This document shows positions 38,963 to 48,886 of a stretch of 64,000 nucleotides of DNA, one piece after another. The stretch comes from Chlorobiota bacterium. GTDB taxonomy: Bacteria; Bacteroidota; Ignavibacteria; Kapaibacteriales; NICIL-2. The DNA lies in assembly GCA_044228285.1 (NCBI GenBank), contig JBGAVD010000002.1, positions 225,653 through 289,652 on the forward strand. Direction: 5' to 3'. A model generated the notes under the pieces. It made no database searches, had not been told where the DNA came from, and saw only the letters and a list, made by a program, of their open reading frames with translations. Every line of letters begins with the position of its first letter. Positions within the stretch are counted from its first letter, which is position 1. Position numbers and translations under genes: made by a program.

Positions 38963-40939
38963 ATGAGAACCATGCATTTTTCTGCATGTAGCGCGCTATC
39001 GTTTCTGATCTTCGTTACTGGAGCACTGTTCGCGCAAAATTATAGTAGTATGAGATTAGACGGGGATCTGCTAAGAGTAGGCATGGTAGCGCCAGGAGTC
39101 GCCATGATTTACGGAACAAATGGTGTAGTCTTAAGAACAACAAACAATGGTGCCGAGTGGAAACAGGTGCCAATGAGAACGACTGAAAACTTCATAACGT
39201 TTGCAACAGATAATAAAGGGGAATGTCTATTGTTTGGTTCGGATACTTCGCTTTTCATTTCACGAGACTGGGGTGTACACTGGGATCGAGTTCTGTTGAG
39301 TGGAGCAGGTGGCTTTGTACGCTGCGCGTTGAACCTGACTGATTCTCGATACGTTTTGGGATGTTCGGATGGAAAGATATACACTTATGATTCAAGAAGA
39401 AATGAACTGAGTCCACGCATGCAAGATTCGGATACGTACGTATACGATATATGTTGCTACGATTCACTGCAGTTAATAGCAGTAAGCAAAGCGAACATAT
39501 TGCATAGTGACGATGGTGGAATTACCTGGGCAAGCCTAGCAGTACAGCCTGCTATCGATACGTCGTCAACGCCATTGTTTGTCTCACTCAGCCCGCACTC
39601 GAAATGCCTTGTCGTCCAGTACTACGACTTGAAGACAAAAAATGGATATGCAATGATTTCCAATGATACTGGTGCAAGCTGGTCAAGGAAAACCTTTTCG
39701 GCGTTGACCTCAAAGGCATCTTGGATAGATGATTCGACTGCTATCGTTGGATTCGGTTTGAACGAAGTCGAACTTATTTCAGGAATCAATACTAGTTCAA
39801 GTACGAAGATCAATCGCATAGACATCGACCCGGAAAGAAAGGCGCATTACAGCTTTATCAATTCTGCCTTTGTTCTTGATTCCGCGCACTATGTTGTAGT
39901 GGGTACCTCAAAGACTGTGTACGTGACCAGTGATAAAGGTACAACGTGGAGGATTGAGTCTTATCTATGTAACGGATCATATTCAGGAAAGCCGGGTAAC
40001 AGCGACTGGACTAGTACTAGAGTACTCGGCATCGATAATTGGATATACGCTTCCCATAGTCAGGAAGTGTTTCACACTACAAATGGTGGTGACACTTGGT
40101 TACCCTCAACTTTCCCTGAGGGTAGAGCTTCTTATCCAGCAACTGTGACGAATCTCATAGTATTGCCTAAGGGGCAGGTTGTCGTGAACACAACTGGGAG
40201 TACGTACTACAGCTCTATTGATTCCGGACTGACCTTTCTCCGGCATGCTAGAAGTTCTCAGCAATACGATGACGGCAGCTTTGGCCTCGCTTCACTTGAA
40301 CTTCGTAAAGTCTATCGCACCACAAGCTTTGGGTCTAACAGGGTCGAGGTCATTATTGATAGCGGGAGGAATTGGACTTACCTGCCAGATCAGTTTAAAG
40401 CTCGACGTATCGGATCACTTAAGTATGAGTGTATCCCTACAGACATCGTTCTTTTGGGCGAGTCATCACTATTCATTAGCCTCTACTACAGCATTACAAA
40501 CACCGATCAGAACACAAGTGAGTCAGGAATGCTGATAGTGGTTTCAGATGACGAACTTACGTCCTTAGATACCGTACTTATCTTACCTGGATACAATTCT
40601 GCGTCAATAAAAAGCAACGGGCGCTTGAACGCTTACATCATCGCAAATGGCTATGAGCCAGGTGCGGTCTCTACCGTCTACGAAACACGTGACGCTGGCA
40701 CTAGCTGGAAAAAGGTCGCGATAGCACCTGATGATGTTGAGTATTACAGCTACAGGATACTCGAAAGTGGATTCGGAGTTCGATCTGGCAAGCCGAACAT
40801 CATTGAGATTACAAAGGACCATGGGAAGACATGGCGCAACATTGCACCTCCTGACACAGCAGCTTATGCCTATTCAACACAAGTGTCAACACCTAATCGC
40901 ATTCTTGCGTTCACGGTAGACCCAAACAACATGAAGTAG
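38963..40939 (+). CDS. BNR/Asp-box repeat beta-propeller protein (sialidase-like / Ycf48-like fold), body portion of a T9SS cargo whose C-terminal domain is frame-shifted off
   Basis: Signal peptide; at least 8 Asp-box motifs S/T-x-D-x-G-x-T-W (SDDGGITW, SNDTGASW, TSDKGTTW, TNGGDTW, TRDAGTSW, TKDHGKTW...). Confidence 0.7.
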   Translation: MRTMHFSACSALSFLIFVTGALFAQNYSSMRLDGDLLRVGMVAPGVAMIYGTNGVVLRTTNNGAEWKQVPMRTTENFITFATDNKGECLLFGSDTSLFISRDWGVHWDRVLLSGAGGFVRCALNLTDSRYVLGCSDGKIYTYDSRRNELSPRMQDSDTYVYDICCYDSLQLIAVSKANILHSDDGGITWASLAVQPAIDTSSTPLFVSLSPHSKCLVVQYYDLKTKNGYAMISNDTGASWSRKTFSALTSKASWIDDSTAIVGFGLNEVELISGINTSSSTKINRIDIDPERKAHYSFINSAFVLDSAHYVVVGTSKTVYVTSDKGTTWRIESYLCNGSYSGKPGNSDWTSTRVLGIDNWIYASHSQEVFHTTNGGDTWLPSTFPEGRASYPATVTNLIVLPKGQVVVNTTGSTYYSSIDSGLTFLRHARSSQQYDDGSFGLASLELRKVYRTTSFGSNRVEVIIDSGRNWTYLPDQFKARRIGSLKYECIPTDIVLLGESSLFISLYYSITNTDQNTSESGMLIVVSDDELTSLDTVLILPGYNSASIKSNGRLNAYIIANGYEPGAVSTVYETRDAGTSWKKVAIAPDDVEYYSYRILESGFGVRSGKPNIIEITKDHGKTWRNIAPPDTAAYAYSTQVSTPNRILAFTVDPNNMK

Positions 40940-41223
40940 CTGCCCATGTGAGCGTGAGCGCTCTCTATCCAAATCCAAGTGGCAACGTGCAGTATCTTAC
41001 TGTTTCAAAACCATCGAACACAGACTACGGTCTCGTTCAATTGAGAGTCTATGATCTTAGAGGAATGCTTGTCAAAGATCTAAGCTCACTCTACAGAGAA
41101 TGTTATGCGGGAGAGCTAACGACTCTGCAATGGAGTAGTAAAGAGTTGTCTACAGGAGTGTACATGATAAAAGTGTCTGCTGGCGGTGAGTCGCAGACAA
41201 ATCTCTTTACGAAGCTACCGTAG
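40897..41223 (+). pseudogene. Detached T9SS C-terminal sorting domain, +1 frame relative to the BNR gene (frameshift within 40897-40939)
   Basis: ...LYPNPSGNVQYLTVSKPSNTDYGLVQLRVYDLRGMLVKDL...GVYMIKVSAGGESQTNLFTKLP is a canonical T9SS C-terminal domain, but it lies in frame 1 while the BNR body ends with TAG at 40937-40939 in frame 2. The C-terminal-domain frame is open from 40897. Confidence 0.6.
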
Positions 41224-41748
41224 TAGATTACTGTTTGTTTTAAGGCGGTATCGTAAGGGAGGCTCTGAGGGAATGCTTCACTTTTCAAGTGTACACTCGC
41301 CAGCTTTTCAGTGACCATGTTTGATGGTGTATACAGGGATCCGATCCAGAATCCTTTACACGCGCCCGACACAGACAAGGGGAGTTCTGAAGATTGATAT
41401 TCTGCCCGCAGTTGTTGCGGTCATAGAAATATGCGTCCAGGAACTGAAGCTGCCAACGATTAGCACCCAAATAGCCAACGACTACTTTAAAGAGATTTGT
41501 AAGTTAGCGGAGAGTAGTGAACCCGTCCCGTATACTCGACATTGCAGTAAGGAGCGCATTCATGACGCTAAATCGAAAGATGAGTTCATTGGCACACATT
41601 CTGCGCGCCCAACCTTCGTGACCCTGTCGGTGGAAAAGTGAGTACGTCGGGAAGTCTTGATGGAGCTTGCGGGGCACGAGGATGTAAGATCATTGATGGA
41701 ATAAGCGCCTATTGACGAACAGGTCGCGACTAGGGACATGACGAACGC

Positions 41749-42609
41749 GTGGAGCTAGGAGTAGTTTGTACAACTGGAGTAAGATCTGTGACCTGTGTGG
41801 TTGGTCCACACGTATTGGAACCTTCAATTGAAACGATTTCAGACGACATGAGGCAATCAGGTCGATACATAGTAAGAATGGCCTGGGCGCTTATCCCTGA
41901 GTATTACCGAGAACAGTCGCAGCGAATTGCGCCAACACCCTTTTATCGCAGACTTTTTAACATATTGAGCGGACAGAAGAGGCCTGCTTCCAATGCTTTT
42001 CAACTGTGGCACGGTCAACTTCGAGAAACGCTTCATTTCATGGAGCCAGAAAACTACCGAGGCATAGGGCGCGGCTACTTGCGCTCGGGTATTAGCTATG
42101 GTGTTGACGAAGAGGTGTCGAGAATAGAGGCTTTTTACGGAATTGATTTCTCCCCTAAAGATAATCTTCGAGCTCGTGAGTATATGGCTAAACTTGAGGA
42201 GAGGTATCAGTACGACACACAAGTTATTGTTCCGTGCCAGTATAGCGCGGCGGAATTGCTAAAGGCCTATGACCTGCTCGATAGTAAACATGAGTATGAG
42301 ATTATTGAGGTGACAGAAGGCAAAAAAGTATCTGACATTTCAACCCTTGGTTTTGATGTTGGAAGCTTGTCATACGGATACTCTGTAATTGCCGACGCTG
42401 CAATCATGCCGAACTCGTACCCTCCGGTGATTGACGCCATGGCGGATATTGTGGAGCAATTGAAGAAACTCAACCAGCATTGCTTGTTTTCCAAATATCA
42501 AGATGCCAGTGATTACTTAGCTTTGTACAACAGAAAGGTATTGGGGGCTAAAGGAGAATACTGTGTTGTACAAGTGCGGCTATTAATGCCTGAATCCTTG
42601 CAAAACTGA
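41749..42609 (+). CDS. Hypothetical protein (unknown family), first gene of the defence island
   Basis: 286-aa ORF with coding-like composition and no recognisable motifs; the start is uncertain (alternative Met at MRQSGRY / MAWALIPEYY). Confidence 0.45.
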   Translation: MELGVVCTTGVRSVTCVVGPHVLEPSIETISDDMRQSGRYIVRMAWALIPEYYREQSQRIAPTPFYRRLFNILSGQKRPASNAFQLWHGQLRETLHFMEPENYRGIGRGYLRSGISYGVDEEVSRIEAFYGIDFSPKDNLRAREYMAKLEERYQYDTQVIVPCQYSAAELLKAYDLLDSKHEYEIIEVTEGKKVSDISTLGFDVGSLSYGYSVIADAAIMPNSYPPVIDAMADIVEQLKKLNQHCLFSKYQDASDYLALYNRKVLGAKGEYCVVQVRLLMPESLQN

Positions 42610-42935
42610 ACAATAAGGAAAGCACGAAAGTAGCATGCGGTACAAAAGTGAAAGTGTATTTTGTGCTATCCGACACTGGAAACACTGTGCTTAGCTACGC
42701 GCACGTGTTCATCGCTAATATGCGAAATCGTTTTGAAAACTAATTCTAATGTCTGGCGAAATCGCGTCGACTGGTTCAGCGCGGCCAAGAATAATGAGTT
42801 GTCTTTCCGAAAGTCAATACAGCAATTTAGTGAGGCGCGTGGCAGTCAGTATCACAGTCGTTTCAACTCTTTGGACGCACAGTTGCACCCGGAAAGAGAT
42901 GTAGAATTCAGATAATATAATATGAGTGATATAGA

Positions 42936-45557
42936 ATGACTAAAATAGAGACGACATTTGTACCAATAGTCCTGCAACTTGATCGGGCTTATAACTCTAT
43001 TGATGATTCGGATATAGCTGGATTTTATGACTTGTTGCACCTAGGAGAAATGATTTCTAAAATCATTACATTATCTCTAGTTGCCGCCATTAAGAGCGAT
43101 TCTTTGCGCACACGATACAGTTTGCACTACGAATTAGTCCGGGCAGACAGTATTGGAGTATGGGCCGATGTACTCAGTAGAACCCTTGTCGGCCCTGCTC
43201 AGCAGCTACTTGATCGTCAATATCGAGATAACGAACTTAAAGAATTAACAATAAAAGTAAGTAGTGGGTGGCAATACGAAGCGCTTCAAAACTTAAACAC
43301 AGCATTAAATATATTTAGACGTGCAGGAAGCCTCCCAAGTAAAGTCCAGTTTCGCAACTGGTTTGCTATGTTTGTCCAGTTGCGCAATGCTACCCGCGGA
43401 CATGGTGCTCCATCAGGTGAGCAGTGCGCGGCGGCAATTGTACCACTACATGAGTCGCTGAAATATATCATCGAGAATTATTGTCTCTTTGGAAGAGAGT
43501 GGGCTTATTTACATGAAAGCTATTCAAAGAAATACAGAGTAACGGCTCTAAACGGTTCATCTATTTACTTTGACCACCTAAGAAAGAGTAAGGAGTACAG
43601 CACACGATACAAAGATGGTTTGTACGTTTACTACTCAGATATTACGACAGTTGACTTGATCTACTCTTCGGTGGATGCTATAGACTTTCACTTCGCCAAT
43701 GGTTCATTTGGTAGTAAGTATTTTGAAGCAATATCGTATTCATCGAATAGTACGATTGAGTGTGAAAGCGAGAATTATAAAATTCCTGTAATGGAATTGC
43801 AACAAAGTACAACTGATGGCTCTCAAACATTAAGCATCGAAGGCAACGTATTTACAAACAAGCCTGTTACTCCACCAGATTTGATCGACAGGACGGATCT
43901 TGAAGCTAGACTTAATTATGTATTGAGCGAAGTAAATCGTTACCCAATTGTTACCCTGCACGGTCGCGGTGGAATTGGAAAGACTTCACTCGCGCTGAAA
44001 GCACTTGCCGAAATAGTTACAACATCTCGCTATGATATAGTTTTGTGGTTTAGTAGTCGCGATATTGACCTTTTGCCTGAAGGCATTAGGCATGTACAAC
44101 CTGCTATTCTTAATGTGGAAGACATTGCGACATCGTTTATCAAAATGACTGGATCTATCGGCTTAGTAAATGAAACTCCAGTCGAATTGTTGGCTCGTCA
44201 TATGAAATCAAGTGAACTAGGGAGAATACTGTTTGTGTTCGACAATTTCGAAACCGTTGACAACCCCGCTGAGTTGTTCGCATGGATCAATAGTCACATT
44301 GAGAATCCAAACAAAGCGCTGATAACATCTCGAATAAGCAGTACATTTGTTGCGGATATTCCGATTGAGGTTGCTGGAATGTCAGAGGAGGAATGTCGTA
44401 ACTTGATAGAAGCATCTACAAAAACTCTGAGCATTCCACTAGAAGAAGATGTAATTAGAAATATATTGGATCAGTCAGATGGTCACCCGTACATTGTGAA
44501 AATACTCTTGGGATATTTTGCACTTAATCCAGAGCGCAGAAATGTTGAACAGGTGCTCGCATCTAAAGATGAACTATTGAACGCCCTCTTCAGTCGAACT
44601 TATAATTCATTGACAGTTGCGGCAAGAAGAGTGTTCCTGACCCTTTGTAGCTGGCGGATGATCATTCCACAATTAGCATTGGAGGCGGTTCTCTTGCGAC
44701 CCGAAAACGAGTACATGGATGTTGAGGAGGCTATAGAAGAGCTTCGTAAATCATCTCTCATTGAAATAGTGTACAGTGATGATAGGTATCCATACATTTC
44801 TGTTCCTCTCTCAGCGTTTATCTTTGGAAAGAGGGAATTGCAAGTATCGTATATGCAGACTTCAGTCTTAGCAGACAGGGCGTTGTTGCAGGAATTTGGT
44901 ACTAACAGTGCAGGTGCGCAATATTATGACATTGAACAGCGCGTTCTACAAAAAATAAAGATGGTTGCACGTCACGCTTCTGGAGATGTACATGAACTTA
45001 ATAAACGGTTGCCAACTTTAGAATATATTGCGCGCAGATATAATAAAGCGTGGAAGTATTTAGCAGATATGATGTACGATGTGGGGGAAAACGTCCGTGC
45101 ACATCAATATATAACAGAGTATCTGAAGACACCGATTGATCCTGATGAATCATATATAGTATGGAACAAGGTTGCAAAATGGAGTGCGGAGTCCCATGAC
45201 GTATTAAATGAAGTAAACGCCATGAATCATATTTGCAAGTCGATAAGGGCATCATCTAAGGAAATATTCAATATTGCTAGGAAAATCGACCTGTATATTA
45301 GAGAAAAGAAAATGTCTATGGGCGATTCTTCGTATGAAATTCATATGGAGACAATCGTGCGTGATATAATTACAGTATGTGACAAGCACATATATCGCAC
45401 TGGTACTGCAGATGACTATCTTGTGCTAGGAGAGCTCTCTCTTGTTCTAGGCGATCATTCAAGGGCAAAAAATTACATAGAGAAGGGACTCGAAAGATTT
45501 CCAACTTCAGGTAGATTGAAGAAGGCATTATATGCGACTGGAGCCTACTCTGCATAG
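42936..45557 (+). CDS. STAND-class P-loop NTPase (NB-ARC/AP-ATPase-like; Avs-like architecture): ~330-aa uncharacterised N-terminal domain, NTPase core, C-terminal helical/TPR-like repeats
   Basis: Walker A VTLHGRGGIGKTSLAL (aa ~343-351), Walker B ILFVFDNFE and an hhhTSR sensor-like ALITSRI. The C-terminal ~450 aa are helical repeats. The N-terminal region contains LRNATRGHG (R150-x5-H156), which matches the HEPN R-x4-6-H motif. The gene is AT-rich relative to its neighbours. Confidence 0.7.
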   Translation: MTKIETTFVPIVLQLDRAYNSIDDSDIAGFYDLLHLGEMISKIITLSLVAAIKSDSLRTRYSLHYELVRADSIGVWADVLSRTLVGPAQQLLDRQYRDNELKELTIKVSSGWQYEALQNLNTALNIFRRAGSLPSKVQFRNWFAMFVQLRNATRGHGAPSGEQCAAAIVPLHESLKYIIENYCLFGREWAYLHESYSKKYRVTALNGSSIYFDHLRKSKEYSTRYKDGLYVYYSDITTVDLIYSSVDAIDFHFANGSFGSKYFEAISYSSNSTIECESENYKIPVMELQQSTTDGSQTLSIEGNVFTNKPVTPPDLIDRTDLEARLNYVLSEVNRYPIVTLHGRGGIGKTSLALKALAEIVTTSRYDIVLWFSSRDIDLLPEGIRHVQPAILNVEDIATSFIKMTGSIGLVNETPVELLARHMKSSELGRILFVFDNFETVDNPAELFAWINSHIENPNKALITSRISSTFVADIPIEVAGMSEEECRNLIEASTKTLSIPLEEDVIRNILDQSDGHPYIVKILLGYFALNPERRNVEQVLASKDELLNALFSRTYNSLTVAARRVFLTLCSWRMIIPQLALEAVLLRPENEYMDVEEAIEELRKSSLIEIVYSDDRYPYISVPLSAFIFGKRELQVSYMQTSVLADRALLQEFGTNSAGAQYYDIEQRVLQKIKMVARHASGDVHELNKRLPTLEYIARRYNKAWKYLADMMYDVGENVRAHQYITEYLKTPIDPDESYIVWNKVAKWSAESHDVLNEVNAMNHICKSIRASSKEIFNIARKIDLYIREKKMSMGDSSYEIHMETIVRDIITVCDKHIYRTGTADDYLVLGELSLVLGDHSRAKNYIEKGLERFPTSGRLKKALYATGAYSA

Positions 45558-45826
45558 CTTGAGGTGGGCGAGAAGGGAACACTTTGGTAGGAAGTGTATG
45601 AGCGAAATCTGTAATAAGATTATAGGTTCATATCTTTGACACCGACGTGACAGAAGACCTTAAAAAAATGCACTGTTGTCGATGAAGGCGGGCGACTAGT
45701 TACTTGCCTTATACATCAAGCTACGGGTGTAATCTAGAGATAATGTCCTCGCTGAATCTAAGAAACCTCCAAATATTATCAAGAATCGTACAATACTTTG
45801 TAATCATAGCGTAGAAGTTTATAAAA

Positions 45827-48800
45827 ATGCCTCATACCAAAAGCGTCTACGAATCGTCTTCTGACTCTAGGACTAAGCATGTCCGCGAAGAGCACATCGA
45901 ATACGGGTTCATCGATAGACTCCAAGAGCTCAAGTACGAGTATCGCAAGGACATCCGTGACCGCGCCGCCCTCGAACACAACTTCCGCGAAAAGTTCGAA
46001 TCCCTAAATCAAGTCAAGTTGTCGGATGCGGAGTTCGCGCGCCTGCTTGACGAAATCGTCAGCAACGACGTCTTCACCGCCTCCAAGACCCTACGAGAGC
46101 GCAACACCTTCATGCGTGAAGATGGCACGCCTCTGAATTTCACACTTGTCAACATCAAAGACTGGTGCAAAAACACCTTCGAAGTGGTTAATCAGTTGCG
46201 CATGAACACCGCTAACAGCCACCACCGCTATGATGTCATGCTGCTTATTAATGGTGTGCCAGTAGTTCAGATTGAGTTGAAGACTTTGAGCATCAGTCCA
46301 CGCCGTGCCATGGAGCAAATTGTGGACTACAAGAATGATCCGGGCAATGGCTATTCGAAGACTCTGCTGTGTTTCTTGCAGCTTTTCATAGTAAGCAATC
46401 GCTCGGAAACGTGGTACTTCGCCAACAACAACGCCCGACACTTCAGTTTCAATGCGGAAGAGCATTTCTTGCCTATCTATCAGTTTGCCACGGAAGACAA
46501 CAAGAAGGTTACTCACCTCGACATCTACGCCGAGATCTTCCTTGCGAAGTGTTCACTAGCGCAGACCATTAGCCGTTATATGGTACTGGTTGCTTCCGAA
46601 CAGAAGCTGCTCATGATGCGACCCTACCAGGTCTATGCCGTGAAGCATATTGTGGAATGCATTCATACCAACTCCGGTAATGGCTTTGTGTGGCATACCA
46701 CGGGGAGCGGTAAGACCCTGACATCATTCAAAGCTTCAACCCTGCTGAAAGACAATCCGGATATCGAGAAGTGTCTGTTTGTAGTAGACCGCAAAGACCT
46801 CGACCGACAAACCCGCGAAGAATTCAATCGTTTTCAGGAAAACTGCGTCGAGGAGAACACCCATACGAGCACGCTGGTGTCGCGGCTGCTTTCTGACGAC
46901 TACGCCGACAAGGTGATCGTCACCACCATTCAAAAGCTAGGTCTGGCTTTGGATGAAAACTCCAAACGCACTGCTTCTCGTGGTGAACGTGGCGCTAAAA
47001 CCTACAAGGAGCTGCTCGAGCCTCTGCGCAACAAGCGCATTGCCTTCATTTTTGATGAGTGTCACCGCTCACAGTTTGGCGATAACCATCAGGCAATACG
47101 TGATTTCTTTCCCAAAGCGCAGCTTTTTGGTTTTACAGGGACGCCGATTTTTGAAGAAAATGCGAGCGCGCAGAAAATTGAGGGACAACAAGCGTCAATG
47201 CGCACGACGCTGGACCTCTTTGAAAAGCAGCTTCATGCTTATACCATTACCCATGCCATTGAGGACGGAAACGTCCTGCGCTTTCACATCGACTACTTTA
47301 AGCCTGAAGGGCTTAACGATAAACCAAAACCGGGTGAAGCATATGCCAAGAAGGCGGTCATTGAAGCCATTCTGAGCAAGCATGATGCGGCAACGGGTGG
47401 ACGTCGCTTCAACGCTGTTCTTGCCACCTCCTCAATCAACGATGCCATTGAATATCACGCATTGTTTAAATCCATCCAGGCGGAGAAGCTGGCAGCGGAT
47501 CCGGAATTCAAAGCCCTGAACATTGCCTGTGTGTTCTCACCTCCGGCAGATGGTGATGCGGATGTGCGTCAAATCCAAGAAGACTTACCTCAAGAGCAAG
47601 CCGACAATCGCGAGAATCCTGAGGGCAAGAAGGCTGCGCTCATGAGCATATTGGCTGACTACAATGCTCAATATGGCACGAACCACCGCATCTCGGAGTT
47701 CGACCTATACTATCAAGACGTGCAATCTCGTATCAAGGCTCAGCAGTGGCCGAACAATGATTATCCGGCAACACAGAAGATTGATGTCACCATCGTGGTG
47801 GATATGCTACTCACGGGTTTTGATTCCAAGTACCTGAACACGCTCTATGTAGATAAGAATCTCAAGCATCATGGACTTATCCAGGCATTCTCGCGCACGA
47901 ACCGTGTATTGAATGGCACGAAGCCTTACGGGAACATTCTTGATTTTCGTCAGCAACAAGATGCCGTCGATGCAGCCATAGCCTTGTTCTCAGGCGAGAA
48001 GTCGGCCGAGCAGGCGCGCGAGATCTGGTTGGTAGATGAAGCCAGCGTAGTGATTCGCAAGCTGGATACGGCGGTGCAGAAGTTGGATGAGTTTATGAAG
48101 TCGCAGGGACTCGACTGTGCGCCGCACGAAGTCTCGAACCTCAAGGGTGACGAAGCCCGCGCGGCATTCATTACGCATTACAAAGAAGTGCAACGTCTGC
48201 AAACGCAGTTGGATCAGTACACGGATTTGACGACGGAGAACCGCGAGGAGATGGAGAGCATCATTGCGCACGACGACATGCGTGCTTTCAAGGCGCAATA
48301 CCTCGAAACAGCGAAGAAACTTAAAGCCTTGCAGGGCAACGGAGATAGCGATGGCTCTGCGACAAACGTTGCCGAACAGCTCGATTTCGAATTTGTGCTC
48401 TTTGCTTCGGCGGTTGTAGATTACGACTACATCATGAGTCTCATTGCGAAGTTCTCCGCCAAGGAACCGGGTAAGTCCAAGATGAGTCGCGAAGCACTCA
48501 TTGGCCTGATCAGTTCCGACGCGAAGTTCATGAACGAGCGCGACGACATAGCCGAGTACATCAACACGCTCAAAGCCGGTGAAGGTCTGAGCGAAACAGA
48601 GATCCGCGAAGGCTATGTGCGTTTCAAGGCTGAGAAGGAAGCCAAAGAGCTGGCAAGTATTGCAGCCCGACACAAGCTCGCAGCGAAAGCCTTGAAGGAC
48701 TTTGTTGATGGCATTCTGAACCGCATGATATTCGATGGAGACCAACTGAGCGACCTCATGCAACCACAAGACCTCAGTTGGAAAGAACGCACACAAGCAG

Positions 48801-48886
48801 AACTAGCCCTTATGAACGACCTCATTCCACTTCTTCTTAAGCGCGCCCAAGGGCGTGAGATATCGGGGTTGAGTGCGTATGAGTAA
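45827..48886 (+). CDS. hsdR: Type I restriction enzyme R subunit (HsdR)
   Basis: HsdR N-terminal nuclease region; helicase motif I WHTTGSGKTLTSF; motif II FDECHRSQFG (DECH); SF2 helicase C-terminal motifs; 1019 aa. Confidence 0.95.
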   Translation: MPHTKSVYESSSDSRTKHVREEHIEYGFIDRLQELKYEYRKDIRDRAALEHNFREKFESLNQVKLSDAEFARLLDEIVSNDVFTASKTLRERNTFMREDGTPLNFTLVNIKDWCKNTFEVVNQLRMNTANSHHRYDVMLLINGVPVVQIELKTLSISPRRAMEQIVDYKNDPGNGYSKTLLCFLQLFIVSNRSETWYFANNNARHFSFNAEEHFLPIYQFATEDNKKVTHLDIYAEIFLAKCSLAQTISRYMVLVASEQKLLMMRPYQVYAVKHIVECIHTNSGNGFVWHTTGSGKTLTSFKASTLLKDNPDIEKCLFVVDRKDLDRQTREEFNRFQENCVEENTHTSTLVSRLLSDDYADKVIVTTIQKLGLALDENSKRTASRGERGAKTYKELLEPLRNKRIAFIFDECHRSQFGDNHQAIRDFFPKAQLFGFTGTPIFEENASAQKIEGQQASMRTTLDLFEKQLHAYTITHAIEDGNVLRFHIDYFKPEGLNDKPKPGEAYAKKAVIEAILSKHDAATGGRRFNAVLATSSINDAIEYHALFKSIQAEKLAADPEFKALNIACVFSPPADGDADVRQIQEDLPQEQADNRENPEGKKAALMSILADYNAQYGTNHRISEFDLYYQDVQSRIKAQQWPNNDYPATQKIDVTIVVDMLLTGFDSKYLNTLYVDKNLKHHGLIQAFSRTNRVLNGTKPYGNILDFRQQQDAVDAAIALFSGEKSAEQAREIWLVDEASVVIRKLDTAVQKLDEFMKSQGLDCAPHEVSNLKGDEARAAFITHYKEVQRLQTQLDQYTDLTTENREEMESIIAHDDMRAFKAQYLETAKKLKALQGNGDSDGSATNVAEQLDFEFVLFASAVVDYDYIMSLIAKFSAKEPGKSKMSREALIGLISSDAKFMNERDDIAEYINTLKAGEGLSETEIREGYVRFKAEKEAKELASIAARHKLAAKALKDFVDGILNRMIFDGDQLSDLMQPQDLSWKERTQAELALMNDLIPLLLKRAQGREISGLSAYE

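Noticed and set aside
41321-41641. 106-aa ORF between the BNR gene and the defence island
   Set aside because: No motifs and no convincing start context. It could be a small island gene but the evidence is insufficient to call it.
47990-48796. Long antisense ORFs (268 aa at 47990-48796, 248 aa at 50643-51389, 141 aa at 46091-46516, and others inside dxs at 59316-59871)
   Set aside because: They lie entirely inside, and opposite to, strongly supported genes (hsdR, hsdM, dxs). They are stop-codon-poor GC-rich antisense frames with no motifs and are treated as spurious.
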